From the IMG/VR virus record IMGVR_UViG_3300045988_117002: DNA of 64,000 nt; one strand, written 5' to 3'. The notes under the pieces were generated by a model. It had not been told where the DNA came from. It searched no databases and saw only the letters and a list, made by a program, of their open reading frames with translations. Both the position numbers and the translations under genes were made by a program. Shown in pieces: positions 1-9,268 of this stretch. This stretch comes from a virus. Each line of letters opens with the position of its first letter. Positions within the stretch are counted from its first letter, which is position 1.

Positions 1-353
1 AGATCACCTAATCTAATAGGAACACATCTATCCCATTCATCCCATTTGTCTTGTGATAAAACTTTATGTCCTTCTTTAATCCAATATTTTGTTAGTTCTG
101 GAATTTTCTTTTTATGTTCTTCTTCTCTTCTGATTAAATCTTGTCTCATTTTTTCTTGCTCATCTTTAAATTCTTTAAATGTTTTACCAATACATTCAAC
201 ATACGCTTCATCTACTGTCATATCAGATGTTAATTTGTGACCATTAAATTCTCCAAAATATTTTTTACCAGTAGCTTCTGCCTTACTATGTAATAATTTA
301 ACTGAATCTTTAAGGGATAATCCACAATCAAAATCAATTTCAATATACTTCAT
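1..353 (-). CDS. hypothetical protein (C-terminal part runs off window start)
   Basis: ATG at 353-351 behind AGAGAGGAA SD; open reading frame to position 1 (MKYIEIDFDCGLSLKD...). Confidence 0.5.
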   Translation of the reverse strand, partial: MKYIEIDFDCGLSLKDSVKLLHSKAEATGKKYFGEFNGHKLTSDMTVDEAYVECIGKTFKEFKDEQEKMRQDLIRREEEHKKKIPELTKYWIKEGHKVLSQDKWDEWDRCVPIRLGD

Positions 354-378
354 ATATCTATTCCTCTCTTTCCACAGA

Positions 379-394
379 TGAAAGTTTACTTTCA
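379..394. promoter_or_regulatory. TGAAA-N6-TTTCA intercistronic palindrome, copy 1 of 13
   Basis: tgaaagtttactttca between stop of 396..674 and SD of 1..353. Confidence 0.6.
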
Positions 395-395
395 T

Positions 396-674
396 CTAAT
401 AATCTTCTTTTGGTTGACCTGTAATTTCTCTCAAGCAAGCGTTCCAACCATCAGCATATCCATCTTCCCATTCATCAGGATAATGATTTTCATGATCTTC
501 TTCTGGTAATGATTTCAATGGACACCACTCTGGACGACTATTATTTTCTCCTACATTACTACATATTTCTTTTTTATAGTAATAACAAGATAATGAACCA
601 TCCATGTCTAAAACATATAAATTACAGTCAAGACATTTCTCTGGTGTTTTCATTATCAATACCGATTTTCGCAT
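396..674 (-). CDS. hypothetical Cys-rich protein
   Basis: Co-directional minus-strand ORF, several Cys pairs, acidic C-terminus. Confidence 0.55.
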   Translation of the reverse strand: MRKSVLIMKTPEKCLDCNLYVLDMDGSLSCYYYKKEICSNVGENNSRPEWCPLKSLPEEDHENHYPDEWEDGYADGWNACLREITGQPKEDY

Positions 675-868
675 TTAAGCACCTCTTCTTTCAGTTCCTG
701 TGCTACAATATTTATATCAATCATATTACATGTGTTATTGATTTCAAGCCTTTCTCTAATTCGTTCCACAAATTTATCAATAATCCCATTTTTGACTTTT
801 TCATCATGATTCCGCATCCATCCACTACCTTGTAAGAAAGAAATGCAGATTTCATTATTCAGTTTCAT
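656..868 (-). CDS. hypothetical protein
   Basis: Trimmed to ATG 868 preceded by AAAGGTGA SD; longer 964 start would overlap the upstream gene. Confidence 0.45.
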   Translation of the reverse strand: MKLNNEICISFLQGSGWMRNHDEKVKNGIIDKFVERIRERLEINNTCNMIDINIVAQELKEEVLKCENRY

Positions 869-881
869 TCGCTTCACCTTT

Positions 882-1157
882 CTACACATACCACGCCCAA
901 ATCGGATTAACCTCCATTTTTGGTGCGTTACATTTTTTCCTAATTCTTTTATGCTTTTTAGCATTTTTCTCGATATAGCCGCCTCGTGTTTTAATTCCTC
1001 TTTTTATATCCCTGTAGGCTTCCATTATTGGACTGTATACCTGTTCAACAAGATATCCACATCTTTCACACGATCCGTGGCGTTCAACTATTCCAAAATA
1101 GTACTCTGAGAAACTAATATATTCATAATCATTTGATCCGCAAATAGGACAGTTCAT
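882..1157 (-). CDS. zinc-ribbon protein
   Basis: CPICG...CERCG pairs; 4-nt overlap with the upstream gene. Confidence 0.55.
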   Translation of the reverse strand: MNCPICGSNDYEYISFSEYYFGIVERHGSCERCGYLVEQVYSPIMEAYRDIKRGIKTRGGYIEKNAKKHKRIRKKCNAPKMEVNPIWAWYV

Positions 1158-1465
1158 TCAGCTCCACCACCTTTTACAATATCAATGGCTCTATCAATTG
1201 TATTTGCAATATTTTTGTAAGCACAGTCTTTATCGGCATCACCCGTATTTGCGATTGTTAAAAAGTATCTCATTTTTAATTTTTTTAACTGCTCTACAAC
1301 CTTGTCTACATCAAAAGCTGTCGGCTGTTCTTGAACAGTTGTAATTGCAAGATGTGTAAATAAATCCATCGGAGAAACATCATTTTCCGCAGCTTTCTGC
1401 TTTTCTTTATCCCAATACCATTTTCTCATTTCTTGAATTAATTTATTAGAATCAATCAGTCTCAT
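1154..1465 (-). CDS. hypothetical protein
   Basis: Co-directional ORF in tightly packed array. Confidence 0.55.
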   Translation of the reverse strand: MRLIDSNKLIQEMRKWYWDKEKQKAAENDVSPMDLFTHLAITTVQEQPTAFDVDKVVEQLKKLKMRYFLTIANTGDADKDCAYKNIANTIDRAIDIVKGGGAE

Positions 1466-1545
1466 TCTTTATTTCTCCCAATTAATACGCAACCACTAAG
1501 TAACATCACAAACAACAATTCTACAATCACTGTAAATCCATCCAT

Positions 1546-1725
1546 TTATTCTTCTCCATACATACAAATTTCACACATATATTTACATTTTCCACAATGA
1601 GAATCATACCATTTGTTAAATTCCTCTGTTTTTATTTCATGTGTAATATTTGTTTTTAGCCAATATTCATCATACTTAAATCCGCATATATCATGCATGT
1701 CCATATTATATAAATTCTTATTCAT
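1546..1725 (-). CDS. hypothetical small Cys-rich protein (59 aa)
   Basis: Hand-translated ORF below track threshold (MNKNLYNMDMHDICGF...CGKCKYMCEIC). Confidence 0.35.
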   Translation of the reverse strand: MNKNLYNMDMHDICGFKYDEYWLKTNITHEIKTEEFNKWYDSHCGKCKYMCEICMYGEE

Positions 1726-1742
1726 ATTTTTACCTTATCTAA

Positions 1743-1961
1743 TTACCTTGTTTTTTCTAAACCTAATTCTCTTTGCTTCTCTGCAATTCTTAATGGAATA
1801 TATAATTTATGATAACCTCTTTTACATACATCACAATTGCCATAACCATGTCCCCAACAATAATCACAAAATTGTTCAAATTGTTTCTTTAATGCATCAG
1901 AAGAATCTGTATTTGCAAATCCTTCCCAAATAATTTCTGTTACAAAACTTATGTTACTCAC
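1743..1961 (-). CDS. hypothetical Cys/His-rich protein
   Basis: GTG start behind GAGGAAAGG SD; CDYCWGHGYGNCDVC. Confidence 0.5.
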   Translation of the reverse strand: MSNISFVTEIIWEGFANTDSSDALKKQFEQFCDYCWGHGYGNCDVCKRGYHKLYIPLRIAEKQRELGLEKTR

Positions 1962-1997
1962 CCTTTCCTCACAGATGAAAAAAGACGCAATTCATTA

Positions 1998-2243
1998 CTA
2001 AATCATAAAGAATAATTTCCATATTAATGGATGTTTCTTAATTTTCTTAATTAATCCATATGCACATACATAATTTACATTTTCCCAATTCCCTGTATCA
2101 ATGACATAATCTCCATCTGGAATTAATAAATCTTGCATAATAATTGAGAAATCATATCCGTCAATATACCCAAATAAATTATCTTTCCCAAGTTTCTTTT
2201 CAATTTCTTTCAATCTCTGTTCTGCTATATATAACTCTTTCAT
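1998..2243 (-). CDS. hypothetical protein
   Basis: Co-directional ORF with GGAGAA SD. Confidence 0.55.
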   Translation of the reverse strand: MKELYIAEQRLKEIEKKLGKDNLFGYIDGYDFSIIMQDLLIPDGDYVIDTGNWENVNYVCAYGLIKKIKKHPLIWKLFFMI

Positions 2244-2257
2244 ACATTAATTCTCCT

Positions 2258-2273
2258 TGAAAACAACATTTCA
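2258..2273. promoter_or_regulatory. TGAAA-N6-TTTCA palindrome, copy 2
   Basis: tgaaaacaacatttca immediately 5' of the SD of 1998..2243, overlapping the stop of 2271..3233. Confidence 0.6.
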
Positions 2274-3233
2274 ATTCTTAATCACTTTCATATTTTTATC
2301 CCAGCTACCTGAAATTGTACCGTCTGGATGAATAATAAATTCTCTACAAACATGATTATCTTCTATTTTCTCAACTTCACTTAACATTTTCATATTTGAA
2401 TAACTAAAAGTAATTAATGTATCTTTGTATTTCCATATTTCATATACATAGTAATCTTGAATTGTTTGTTCTACTAACTCAAAATGATTATATGCATATT
2501 CAAGAATCTCATTGTATAACTTCTCTTTATCGTCATATTTAATACCACTATGATCACTCAACTTCATAAGTTTTCTAAAAGATAAATCATCTGCAAACGA
2601 ATATGCATCTATCATTTCTAATACATCTTCAATTGTATTTGCATCACATAATACACATTGCAATCTCATTTTTGTTTCAACTAATTTGCCTTTAATACAT
2701 TTTAAATCAAATAAGGAAGGCATATATGTATTAAAAATTTCATTATTTCTCTTATCAGAAATTGCATGACGACTAATATCTACAAAATCAAACAACCCAT
2801 CAATTTTATCAAGATTATCTTCTAAATATTTACCATTTGTATTCATTGTAAGAAATTTAATATCATGATTTCTTAATACATCACATAATTTATCAAATTC
2901 TTTAAATAACAATGGCTCACCACCTGTAACGGAAACTGAATATAAAATGCCAGCATTTTCCATTTCAGTTAACATTTCATCAACTTGTTTTACGAAATAC
3001 TCTGCATTTTCACAACGTTCAGCATTCTGCTCTACGCAGAAAAAACATTTTGCATTACATACATCAGTTAATTTTAAATGTAAATGCCATAACCACTCGT
3101 TTCTTTCTACTAAAACTTTATTACCGAATAAATTTACTTCCATTTTATCATCATAAGTTATGGGTAACTTTTCAACATTACACTTATGAATATAATCTTT
3201 TATATCTTTAATTTGTACAAACATAAATATCAC
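2271..3233 (-). CDS. radical SAM enzyme (subfamily unknown)
   Basis: CNAKCFFC (CX3CX2C) cluster motif, VSVTGGEPLL SAM-binding motif, NTNG strand; no SPASM-type extra Cys clusters. Confidence 0.8.
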   Translation of the reverse strand: MIFMFVQIKDIKDYIHKCNVEKLPITYDDKMEVNLFGNKVLVERNEWLWHLHLKLTDVCNAKCFFCVEQNAERCENAEYFVKQVDEMLTEMENAGILYSVSVTGGEPLLFKEFDKLCDVLRNHDIKFLTMNTNGKYLEDNLDKIDGLFDFVDISRHAISDKRNNEIFNTYMPSLFDLKCIKGKLVETKMRLQCVLCDANTIEDVLEMIDAYSFADDLSFRKLMKLSDHSGIKYDDKEKLYNEILEYAYNHFELVEQTIQDYYVYEIWKYKDTLITFSYSNMKMLSEVEKIEDNHVCREFIIHPDGTISGSWDKNMKVIKN

Positions 3234-3259
3234 TCCAATTCTTTCAATAAAAACACATT

Positions 3260-3763
3260 TTATCTATTAATAAGTAATTCTTTTGGACAATAAATAATTC
3301 TCTTTCCTGCTTTTTGTGCTTTACGAATAGTAGACCAAACACCGCCAGATTTATTACCGTCCCAAATTGCTAGTAATACATCACACTTATCAACTATGTA
3401 TTGATCTCTTACGTTATCACAGCCTTTATAAAATTTATCTGATAATTCAACCCATTCAGTTGCTTTTAGCTGTAGAAATTTATAATATTTATGTGATGAG
3501 TTATAATCTTTACAAGGAAGAATACAGTGTAATTTAATGTTATTTATGTAATGCATTGACACTCCTGCAATCGCAAATGCAATATCACTCCCCGAAGCCA
3601 TTCCTGTATATAAATCAAGTGGTTCATTATTATCTGCACAAATCTTTGTAAATTTACTCAATTCATCTATAATCCAAAACTGAATTGGAGTCCATTTTTC
3701 ATCTGTTTCATCTTTTGGTAAACCTAATCTTTGATTTCTGTGTCCTGTTATTCCAACTTTCAT
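3260..3763 (-). CDS. SLOG-fold protein (YpsA/DUF1273- or DUF2493-like)
   Basis: MKVGITGHR..., GMASGSD, LLAIWDGNKSGG motifs typical of SLOG/LOG-like Rossmann proteins; ATG 3763 behind GAGAGG SD. Confidence 0.5.
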   Translation of the reverse strand: MKVGITGHRNQRLGLPKDETDEKWTPIQFWIIDELSKFTKICADNNEPLDLYTGMASGSDIAFAIAGVSMHYINNIKLHCILPCKDYNSSHKYYKFLQLKATEWVELSDKFYKGCDNVRDQYIVDKCDVLLAIWDGNKSGGVWSTIRKAQKAGKRIIYCPKELLINR

Positions 3764-3788
3764 TTTACACACCTCTCATTTTTGTCCT

Positions 3789-3804
3789 TGAAACTGCCGT
3801 TTCA
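3789..3804. promoter_or_regulatory. TGAAA-N6-TTTCA palindrome, copy 3
   Basis: tgaaactgccgtttca between stop of 3809..4315 and start of 3260..3763. Confidence 0.6.
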
Positions 3805-3808
3805 AACA

Positions 3809-4315
3809 CTATTTAATCTCAAATTTAATAGGTAACATTGCTGTAAATCTACAATCCAACCAAGGTTTATCCTCTGTTTTAAATTTTTCCTTATCCGTTT
3901 CGGAAGTTAAAACAAAATTACCTATAGTATAAATTAAAGTATGCCCTGATAAATCTTTTGGAAGCGTTACATTCTTAAAATAAGTTTTAAGATTAATGAT
4001 GTTTTCTACACATATTTCCATTAGTTCATAAAGATGTGCATAAGTTCCATCAGATAAGCAACGCTGCATTGTAAAATAATCATATTCGGCATTTGGATTA
4101 TAAATAATTTTTACTTTAAATGTACCTTTATTTAGAATGTTATATTCAAATGTCTGACTACATAAAATAGAACCTGTGATTGCTAATTTTAATGATTCTT
4201 TGAGAATTTCAAACGGTGTTTGTTCTTCTGTCAACTTATTATATTTATTATTCTCCATACCGTTTGTTCCACCTGATTGAATTCTCTCTTTAATAAATTC
4301 CAATGATTTTCCCAT
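3809..4315 (-). CDS. hypothetical protein
   Basis: Co-directional ORF, 168 aa. Confidence 0.6.
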   Translation of the reverse strand: MGKSLEFIKERIQSGGTNGMENNKYNKLTEEQTPFEILKESLKLAITGSILCSQTFEYNILNKGTFKVKIIYNPNAEYDYFTMQRCLSDGTYAHLYELMEICVENIINLKTYFKNVTLPKDLSGHTLIYTIGNFVLTSETDKEKFKTEDKPWLDCRFTAMLPIKFEIK

Positions 4316-4333
4316 TTTTTATTTGTACCTTTC

Positions 4334-4597
4334 CTAATGTCCAATCATTTCTTTAGTAATTTCTTTATATTTTGCTTTATAACCATACTCCCATTTTGAA
4401 TTTAAAATTGTAAGAACAGAATTTTCTACATTATTAGAAAATCCAATTAAACAGTTTGCGTATCCATACTCCCTATCTTTATCGAAATCATAAGGATTTG
4501 AAATTTTTACCGTTCTAATTTCTTTTAGCTTTTTAATACATGCATTATGATAATACGGTAATCTCACTAAATAATATTTTCTATTTCTTCGATCCAT
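4334..4597 (-). CDS. hypothetical protein
   Basis: Trimmed to internal ATG 4597; the longer form would overlap 4581..4979 by more than 120 nt. Confidence 0.45.
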   Translation of the reverse strand: MDRRNRKYYLVRLPYYHNACIKKLKEIRTVKISNPYDFDKDREYGYANCLIGFSNNVENSVLTILNSKWEYGYKAKYKEITKEMIGH

Positions 4598-4979
4598 CGT
4601 TTTTAATTTCCTCCAACTTCTTTTCAGCTTCTTCTTTTGTAGCAAATACAAACGTTCCCCAAGGTTTACACATGTCAACAGTAAAACGATCCGCAAGAAT
4701 AGTTGCATTCTTACCTGTCATACTTGTATAGATACAATATACAATCGTACCGATAGGTACTGGTAATCTCAACAGTAATTCATGTTCTTCTGCTTCTTTA
4801 TAAAATTTTAATTCTTCCAACCACTTCACAAGCTGCTCATGTTCTTCGGCACATTTTACGCAATTAGCTTTTATATCATCATCTACAGGATCAAGTGACT
4901 CAAAATCTGCACCTCTATAATTCTTTTCTGCTACTTCTTTTGCATGAGTAATAGCATCTTCAAGTGTTAATTTTCCCAT
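4581..4979 (-). CDS. hypothetical protein (paralog of 32586..32942)
   Basis: Shares the LLLRLPxxxG...F.T.EEA.KKL pattern with 32586..32942. Confidence 0.6.
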   Translation of the reverse strand: MGKLTLEDAITHAKEVAEKNYRGADFESLDPVDDDIKANCVKCAEEHEQLVKWLEELKFYKEAEEHELLLRLPVPIGTIVYCIYTSMTGKNATILADRFTVDMCKPWGTFVFATKEEAEKKLEEIKNDGSKK

Positions 4980-4984
4980 CTACT

Positions 4985-5305
4985 TCACCTCTTAAACTCA
5001 ATCTTCTTACCAATGTATTTCTCTATAATCGCATCCAATTCATCAGAATATGTTTTCACAACATAATTACGATCAATCTTTATATTAACAATTACATTAT
5101 GTTCATCTACCCAAATTCCACCAATTGTACCACCAGGAATACGAATTGAAATGCAATCAAAGTTTTTGTCCCTATAATCTACTAGATAATGTTTATAATG
5201 TCGATATTTTTTCGTATCAAAGCCTGCGCATTGATCCAATTCTTCTGTCAAATCACAATAAAATTCTTTATAATTTAAGAAATTTTGTTTATCTTTTAGA
5301 ATCAT
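4985..5305 (-). CDS. hypothetical protein
   Basis: Co-directional ORF. Confidence 0.55.
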   Translation of the reverse strand: MILKDKQNFLNYKEFYCDLTEELDQCAGFDTKKYRHYKHYLVDYRDKNFDCISIRIPGGTIGGIWVDEHNVIVNIKIDRNYVVKTYSDELDAIIEKYIGKKIEFKR

Positions 5306-5608
5306 TCATTCTTCCTCTTTGAATGCTTTTAATTTGTCCTCTAAATATTCAACTTCATTCTCCCAATGTTCAATCAACATTTCTTCGATCTCATCTTTTA
5401 TATCATCAATGTTATCTCCAAATAACCAGTCATCTTCTACATTCATTTCTTTTGATGTATAATTGTAGTATTTTGTATTTTCGTTATCTTGCGCAACGAT
5501 AGCAATGACAGCATCATCACTTTCGTCTTCTCCAAATGGTGTAAAATATAATGCATAACATGGTTTTCCATATTTATTATTACCAATATTCTTCCAATAT
5601 TTACTCAT
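5306..5608 (-). CDS. hypothetical acidic protein
   Basis: Co-directional ORF abutting the next gene. Confidence 0.55.
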   Translation of the reverse strand: MSKYWKNIGNNKYGKPCYALYFTPFGEDESDDAVIAIVAQDNENTKYYNYTSKEMNVEDDWLFGDNIDDIKDEIEEMLIEHWENEVEYLEDKLKAFKEEE

Positions 5609-5649
5609 ATTGCAACTCCTTTAATGTTATAATGAAAACCGTATTTAAA

Positions 5650-6228
5650 CTAACTATATTTTTCTTCTATACCATCGGCTTCTTTAATAGTAAGATTTCT
5701 TACTGCATTAAACTGATCTTTATATGATAAATCATCAAATTCATATACTGTCATATCTTTTAATTCTTCTAAAGAATACAATTTACTTTCAATCATATTT
5801 TCATCACTGATAATACAAGCAAGACTAATCCCATCTTCATCTTTATAAAACTGATTATCTTCAAAACCATCTGCTTTATCATTCACACTATCCCAAACTC
5901 TTTGTCTAAATTCTGAAATTTGACATACATATTCAGATAATAGTACATAAGCTTTACTGCGTGAAATCACAGATTCTCCATATGTATTTGGAAATAACAT
6001 TTCTTCTTGTAATACTTCTTCTAAAAATTTTGTTTTCAAAAGTTTCTCTAACTGTTCATTTGTAATTTCCTTACGTCCTTTTAACCAAAATACAAATGGT
6101 ATTGGTTTAACAATTAACTCATTATAATCAATGTAATCTTCGCCAGCTTCTTCCATAAATCTATGGAATACACAATAACATAAGAATGGATCTTTCAAGT
6201 CGTCTGGTGATTTAATAATATAACTCAT
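5650..6228 (-). CDS. hypothetical protein
   Basis: Co-directional ORF with AGGAGG SD. Confidence 0.6.
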   Translation of the reverse strand: MSYIIKSPDDLKDPFLCYCVFHRFMEEAGEDYIDYNELIVKPIPFVFWLKGRKEITNEQLEKLLKTKFLEEVLQEEMLFPNTYGESVISRSKAYVLLSEYVCQISEFRQRVWDSVNDKADGFEDNQFYKDEDGISLACIISDENMIESKLYSLEELKDMTVYEFDDLSYKDQFNAVRNLTIKEADGIEEKYS

Positions 6229-6243
6229 AAATTATTCCTCCTA

Positions 6244-6259
6244 TGAAACTCGTGTTTCA
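6244..6259. promoter_or_regulatory. TGAAA-N6-TTTCA palindrome, copy 4
   Basis: tgaaactcgtgtttca directly 5' of the AGGAGG SD of 5650..6228. Confidence 0.6.
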
Positions 6260-6273
6260 TCTAAGACTTCTAT

Positions 6274-6347
6274 ACAATATGCACAAAAACTCATCTAAAA
6301 TGCAACGAGAAATCAATATATTTTAATTCTTGTTTTGTGCATATTGT
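6274..6347. repeat. 15-bp perfect inverted repeat
   Basis: acaatatgcacaaaa (6274-6288) and ttttgtgcatattgt (6333-6347), 44-nt spacer, in a 210-bp intergenic gap. Confidence 0.7.
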
Positions 6348-6437
6348 ACACTTTATATCTAATATTGTTTTATCAATCTTTTAATAACTGTGTTTCCCAC
6401 TTTTCAGCTAATTCTTCCAATAATTCATATGAAGTTT

Positions 6438-7175
6438 TCACACAAGTTCCTTGTATATAAATAGTTTCTCTGTTGCTTTCTCTGCTGCAACTCTATCTGA
6501 TTTCTGTTGAACCTTTCGTTCTCTTTGCCAAATACATTTGAAATCATTTGGCATATTATATTCACTTACTAATACAATATTGTTTTTGGAAAGTTGTCGA
6601 AGAAAATCGTAGAACTCATCATAATTGATATTTTGTATAGAATACTGTTTTGTATCTTTATATGGTGGATCAAAATAGAATAAACAATCTTTATAACCTA
6701 TAAAAGATTTATAATCGCAACATCTAAATTTTATATCTTTTAAATGCGGAGCTTGTTCTTTGAGATTTCTTACTCTTTCGTTATAAATACTTCTTCCACC
6801 CTTTGAATCTCTACCATAGCCACCATCAAAATATCTACCACCATAACTAGCACAATATCCAATTAATGCCGTATATTTCATAGAATATTTATTTGTATGT
6901 AGTCTTCTATTTTCTCTTACGTCAGCATAATGTTCAAACGTACACATTTCTGGGGCAATAGATATTTCATTATCTGTTTGTATGTATTGTAATAAAGCAA
7001 TTAATTCTGAATTAATGTCTCCACCTACTTTATTCTCACAAACAATTTTGTCAATAATATTTGCTCCACCAACCATAGGTTCTATATAGGTTTTGATATT
7101 ATTATCATCAATATATTTCTGAATGATTGGTACTAAAAATTTAGAAATCCTATTTTTGCTTCCTTGATATACCAT
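6438..7175 (-). CDS. DNA N6-adenine methyltransferase, D12/Dam class
   Basis: N-terminal YQGSKNRI, EPMVGGANI (SAM-binding motif), FYFDPPY catalytic DPPY. Confidence 0.85.
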   Translation of the reverse strand: MVYQGSKNRISKFLVPIIQKYIDDNNIKTYIEPMVGGANIIDKIVCENKVGGDINSELIALLQYIQTDNEISIAPEMCTFEHYADVRENRRLHTNKYSMKYTALIGYCASYGGRYFDGGYGRDSKGGRSIYNERVRNLKEQAPHLKDIKFRCCDYKSFIGYKDCLFYFDPPYKDTKQYSIQNINYDEFYDFLRQLSKNNIVLVSEYNMPNDFKCIWQRERKVQQKSDRVAAEKATEKLFIYKELV

Positions 7176-8663
7176 TTAATTCTCTACCTTTAATCCCATT
7201 TCCATATATAATTCATCTACAGCATTACCTTTTCGCTGCAAACAGTTATATATTTTCTCATCAATAGTTCCTTTACCTTGTAAAATAATATATGTACATT
7301 TATTCTCTTGACCAATTCTATGAATACGATCTTGACTTTGCTTAAATTCTTCATAACTAAAACTTATAGAGTAATAGATGTTATATGTACAATTTACAAA
7401 TGTAAGTCCAAGTCCTAATAGCTTCGGATGTGTAAATAACCTTTTAATTCTATTATTCTTAAAATCTCTGATAACATCATCACGATTCTTTGTTTTAGAA
7501 GTTAGTCCCACACCATTATATTTCTCTGCTAACTGTTCAATCTCATGTTGAAATTGACACCAGATGATTACAGGTTTATCTCCAACTTCTTCAAAACAAT
7601 CTTCTAATACTTTGTTTTTACTTGTATCAAAATCAGTAATAGTCCCATCTTTATTGATTACAAATCCACTTACTATTTCTCTAAGTTTCATCAACTTTGC
7701 CGTAAATTCAAACTTCGACCATTCATTAATATTATCTTTGATGTTCTGCAACACATCTTGATAATATTTATTCTGTTCTTTTCCTAATGAAAATCGTTTA
7801 ACTTCAAATACTTTTGGTGGTAAATCAACGCAATCTTCTTTCTTTAAGAATACTGATTTATCTCTCAAACGGTTATAATACGCCTGTTTGTTTTCATCCG
7901 TTTGATACCAATAATGCGGATCAGATAAATCTTGAGAGAAATACCTTGCCTGGAATCCAAAATAATTATTACCAAATACTTCTGCGTCAACAAATTTCAT
8001 TTGTGGAAATATTTCAAGATTTGAGTTTGGTGTGGGAGTACCACTAAGAACAAAACGATGTGGAATTACAGTAATTAACTGTAATAGATAGTTTGTGATT
8101 TGAGAAGTCATATTCTTCATTACTTGACTTTCATCAACAATCACGCATTGGAAATCCATAGACAATACTTCTTTTTTCAAAATCTTAAAGCTATCATAAT
8201 TCATAACATAAATATCTGAATCCGTTTTTAATGCTTCAAGTCTTTCTTTTCTTGTATTTCCATGACAATTAATTATTTTTAAATCTGGATAGAACTGTTT
8301 ACAATCATCCATCCATGCAGTTTCTATAACAGATAATGGACATAACACTAATGTTTTACCATAATGTTTTGCAATTTCTAGTGAAATAGCAGTCTTTCCT
8401 GTACCTGTATCTGCAAAAATACCATAACAACCAGCGTTTAATGCGGTATTTACAATCTCTTTCTGATACTGTCTTAGGTATGGAGATAGCTCATATTGAA
8501 CTATCTCCTTTTCTTCAACCTTAATATCAGAAGAAACTAACCCATATTGTTGTAGTTTTGGCAATGCGGAATCTGGAAACTCCCATTTACCTACTTTAAA
8601 CTTTCGTCCCTCAATAGTTCTAACATAAGGGATTTTCTCTACTGGAATTTCTAGTGAAATCAT
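7176..8663 (-). CDS. SNF2-family DEAD/H helicase
   Basis: GIFADTGTGKT (motif I), VIVDESQ (II), LSGTPTPN (III), QSQDRIHRIGQ (VI); ATG 8663 overlaps the upstream stop (ATGA). Confidence 0.85.
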   Translation of the reverse strand: MISLEIPVEKIPYVRTIEGRKFKVGKWEFPDSALPKLQQYGLVSSDIKVEEKEIVQYELSPYLRQYQKEIVNTALNAGCYGIFADTGTGKTAISLEIAKHYGKTLVLCPLSVIETAWMDDCKQFYPDLKIINCHGNTRKERLEALKTDSDIYVMNYDSFKILKKEVLSMDFQCVIVDESQVMKNMTSQITNYLLQLITVIPHRFVLSGTPTPNSNLEIFPQMKFVDAEVFGNNYFGFQARYFSQDLSDPHYWYQTDENKQAYYNRLRDKSVFLKKEDCVDLPPKVFEVKRFSLGKEQNKYYQDVLQNIKDNINEWSKFEFTAKLMKLREIVSGFVINKDGTITDFDTSKNKVLEDCFEEVGDKPVIIWCQFQHEIEQLAEKYNGVGLTSKTKNRDDVIRDFKNNRIKRLFTHPKLLGLGLTFVNCTYNIYYSISFSYEEFKQSQDRIHRIGQENKCTYIILQGKGTIDEKIYNCLQRKGNAVDELYMEMGLKVEN

Positions 8664-9268
8664 ATTACATCTCCAATTTTCATTTCTTCTGTTGCATAAT
8701 ACCATTTAAAACCTTTAACAGATAACACAGGACGCTTATATTTATCTGGATGGTCTTGAAAACCACAACAAGCTGAAATATTAGCATATCTTTTTAATCC
8801 AATGGTTTTAGATGCTTCTTCTACAGAATTAAAAATATTTAAAACAATGTTTGTGTTCATATCTATTTGTGCAACTTTCTTTTTTATCCCATAACAACCA
8901 TGTACCGTATGTAATCCTTTAACATAAGCATGTTTATTATTGTAAGATCTATCACACCATTCTAAGTTATCAGAGTTATTATTGGTCTTATTACCATCAA
9001 TGTAATTAACTTCTTTATATTTTAACGGATTATGATTTTTACAAAATTCAGTTGCTACTAATCTGTGAATATATCTATCATAATGTTTATTATTAACTGA
9101 AATCATAACTCTTAAATATCCACTAGAATGTAATCTAGGCTTTAATATAACTTCTGATTTCCAACTGCTATTTTGATTTGAATAATCTCCAATTCGTTTC
9201 ACGTTACCTAAGTTACTTACTTGATAAAACCCTTTAAATTCAGATACATCTTTCCAAATTTCTTCCAA
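8660..9268 (-). CDS. NUMOD4/HNH homing endonuclease
   Basis: EIWKDV..FKGFYQVSNLGNVKR (NUMOD4), HRLVA...IDGNKTNNNSDNLEW (HNH_3), wedged between MTase and helicase genes. Confidence 0.8.
   Translation of the reverse strand: MEEIWKDVSEFKGFYQVSNLGNVKRIGDYSNQNSSWKSEVILKPRLHSSGYLRVMISVNNKHYDRYIHRLVATEFCKNHNPLKYKEVNYIDGNKTNNNSDNLEWCDRSYNNKHAYVKGLHTVHGCYGIKKKVAQIDMNTNIVLNIFNSVEEASKTIGLKRYANISACCGFQDHPDKYKRPVLSVKGFKWYYATEEMKIGDVI

Noticed and set aside
2271-3233. Calling the radical SAM protein a viperin, QueE or NrdG
   Set aside because: Only the generic CX3CX2C and GGEP motifs are visible. I cannot see subfamily-specific signatures without a profile search.
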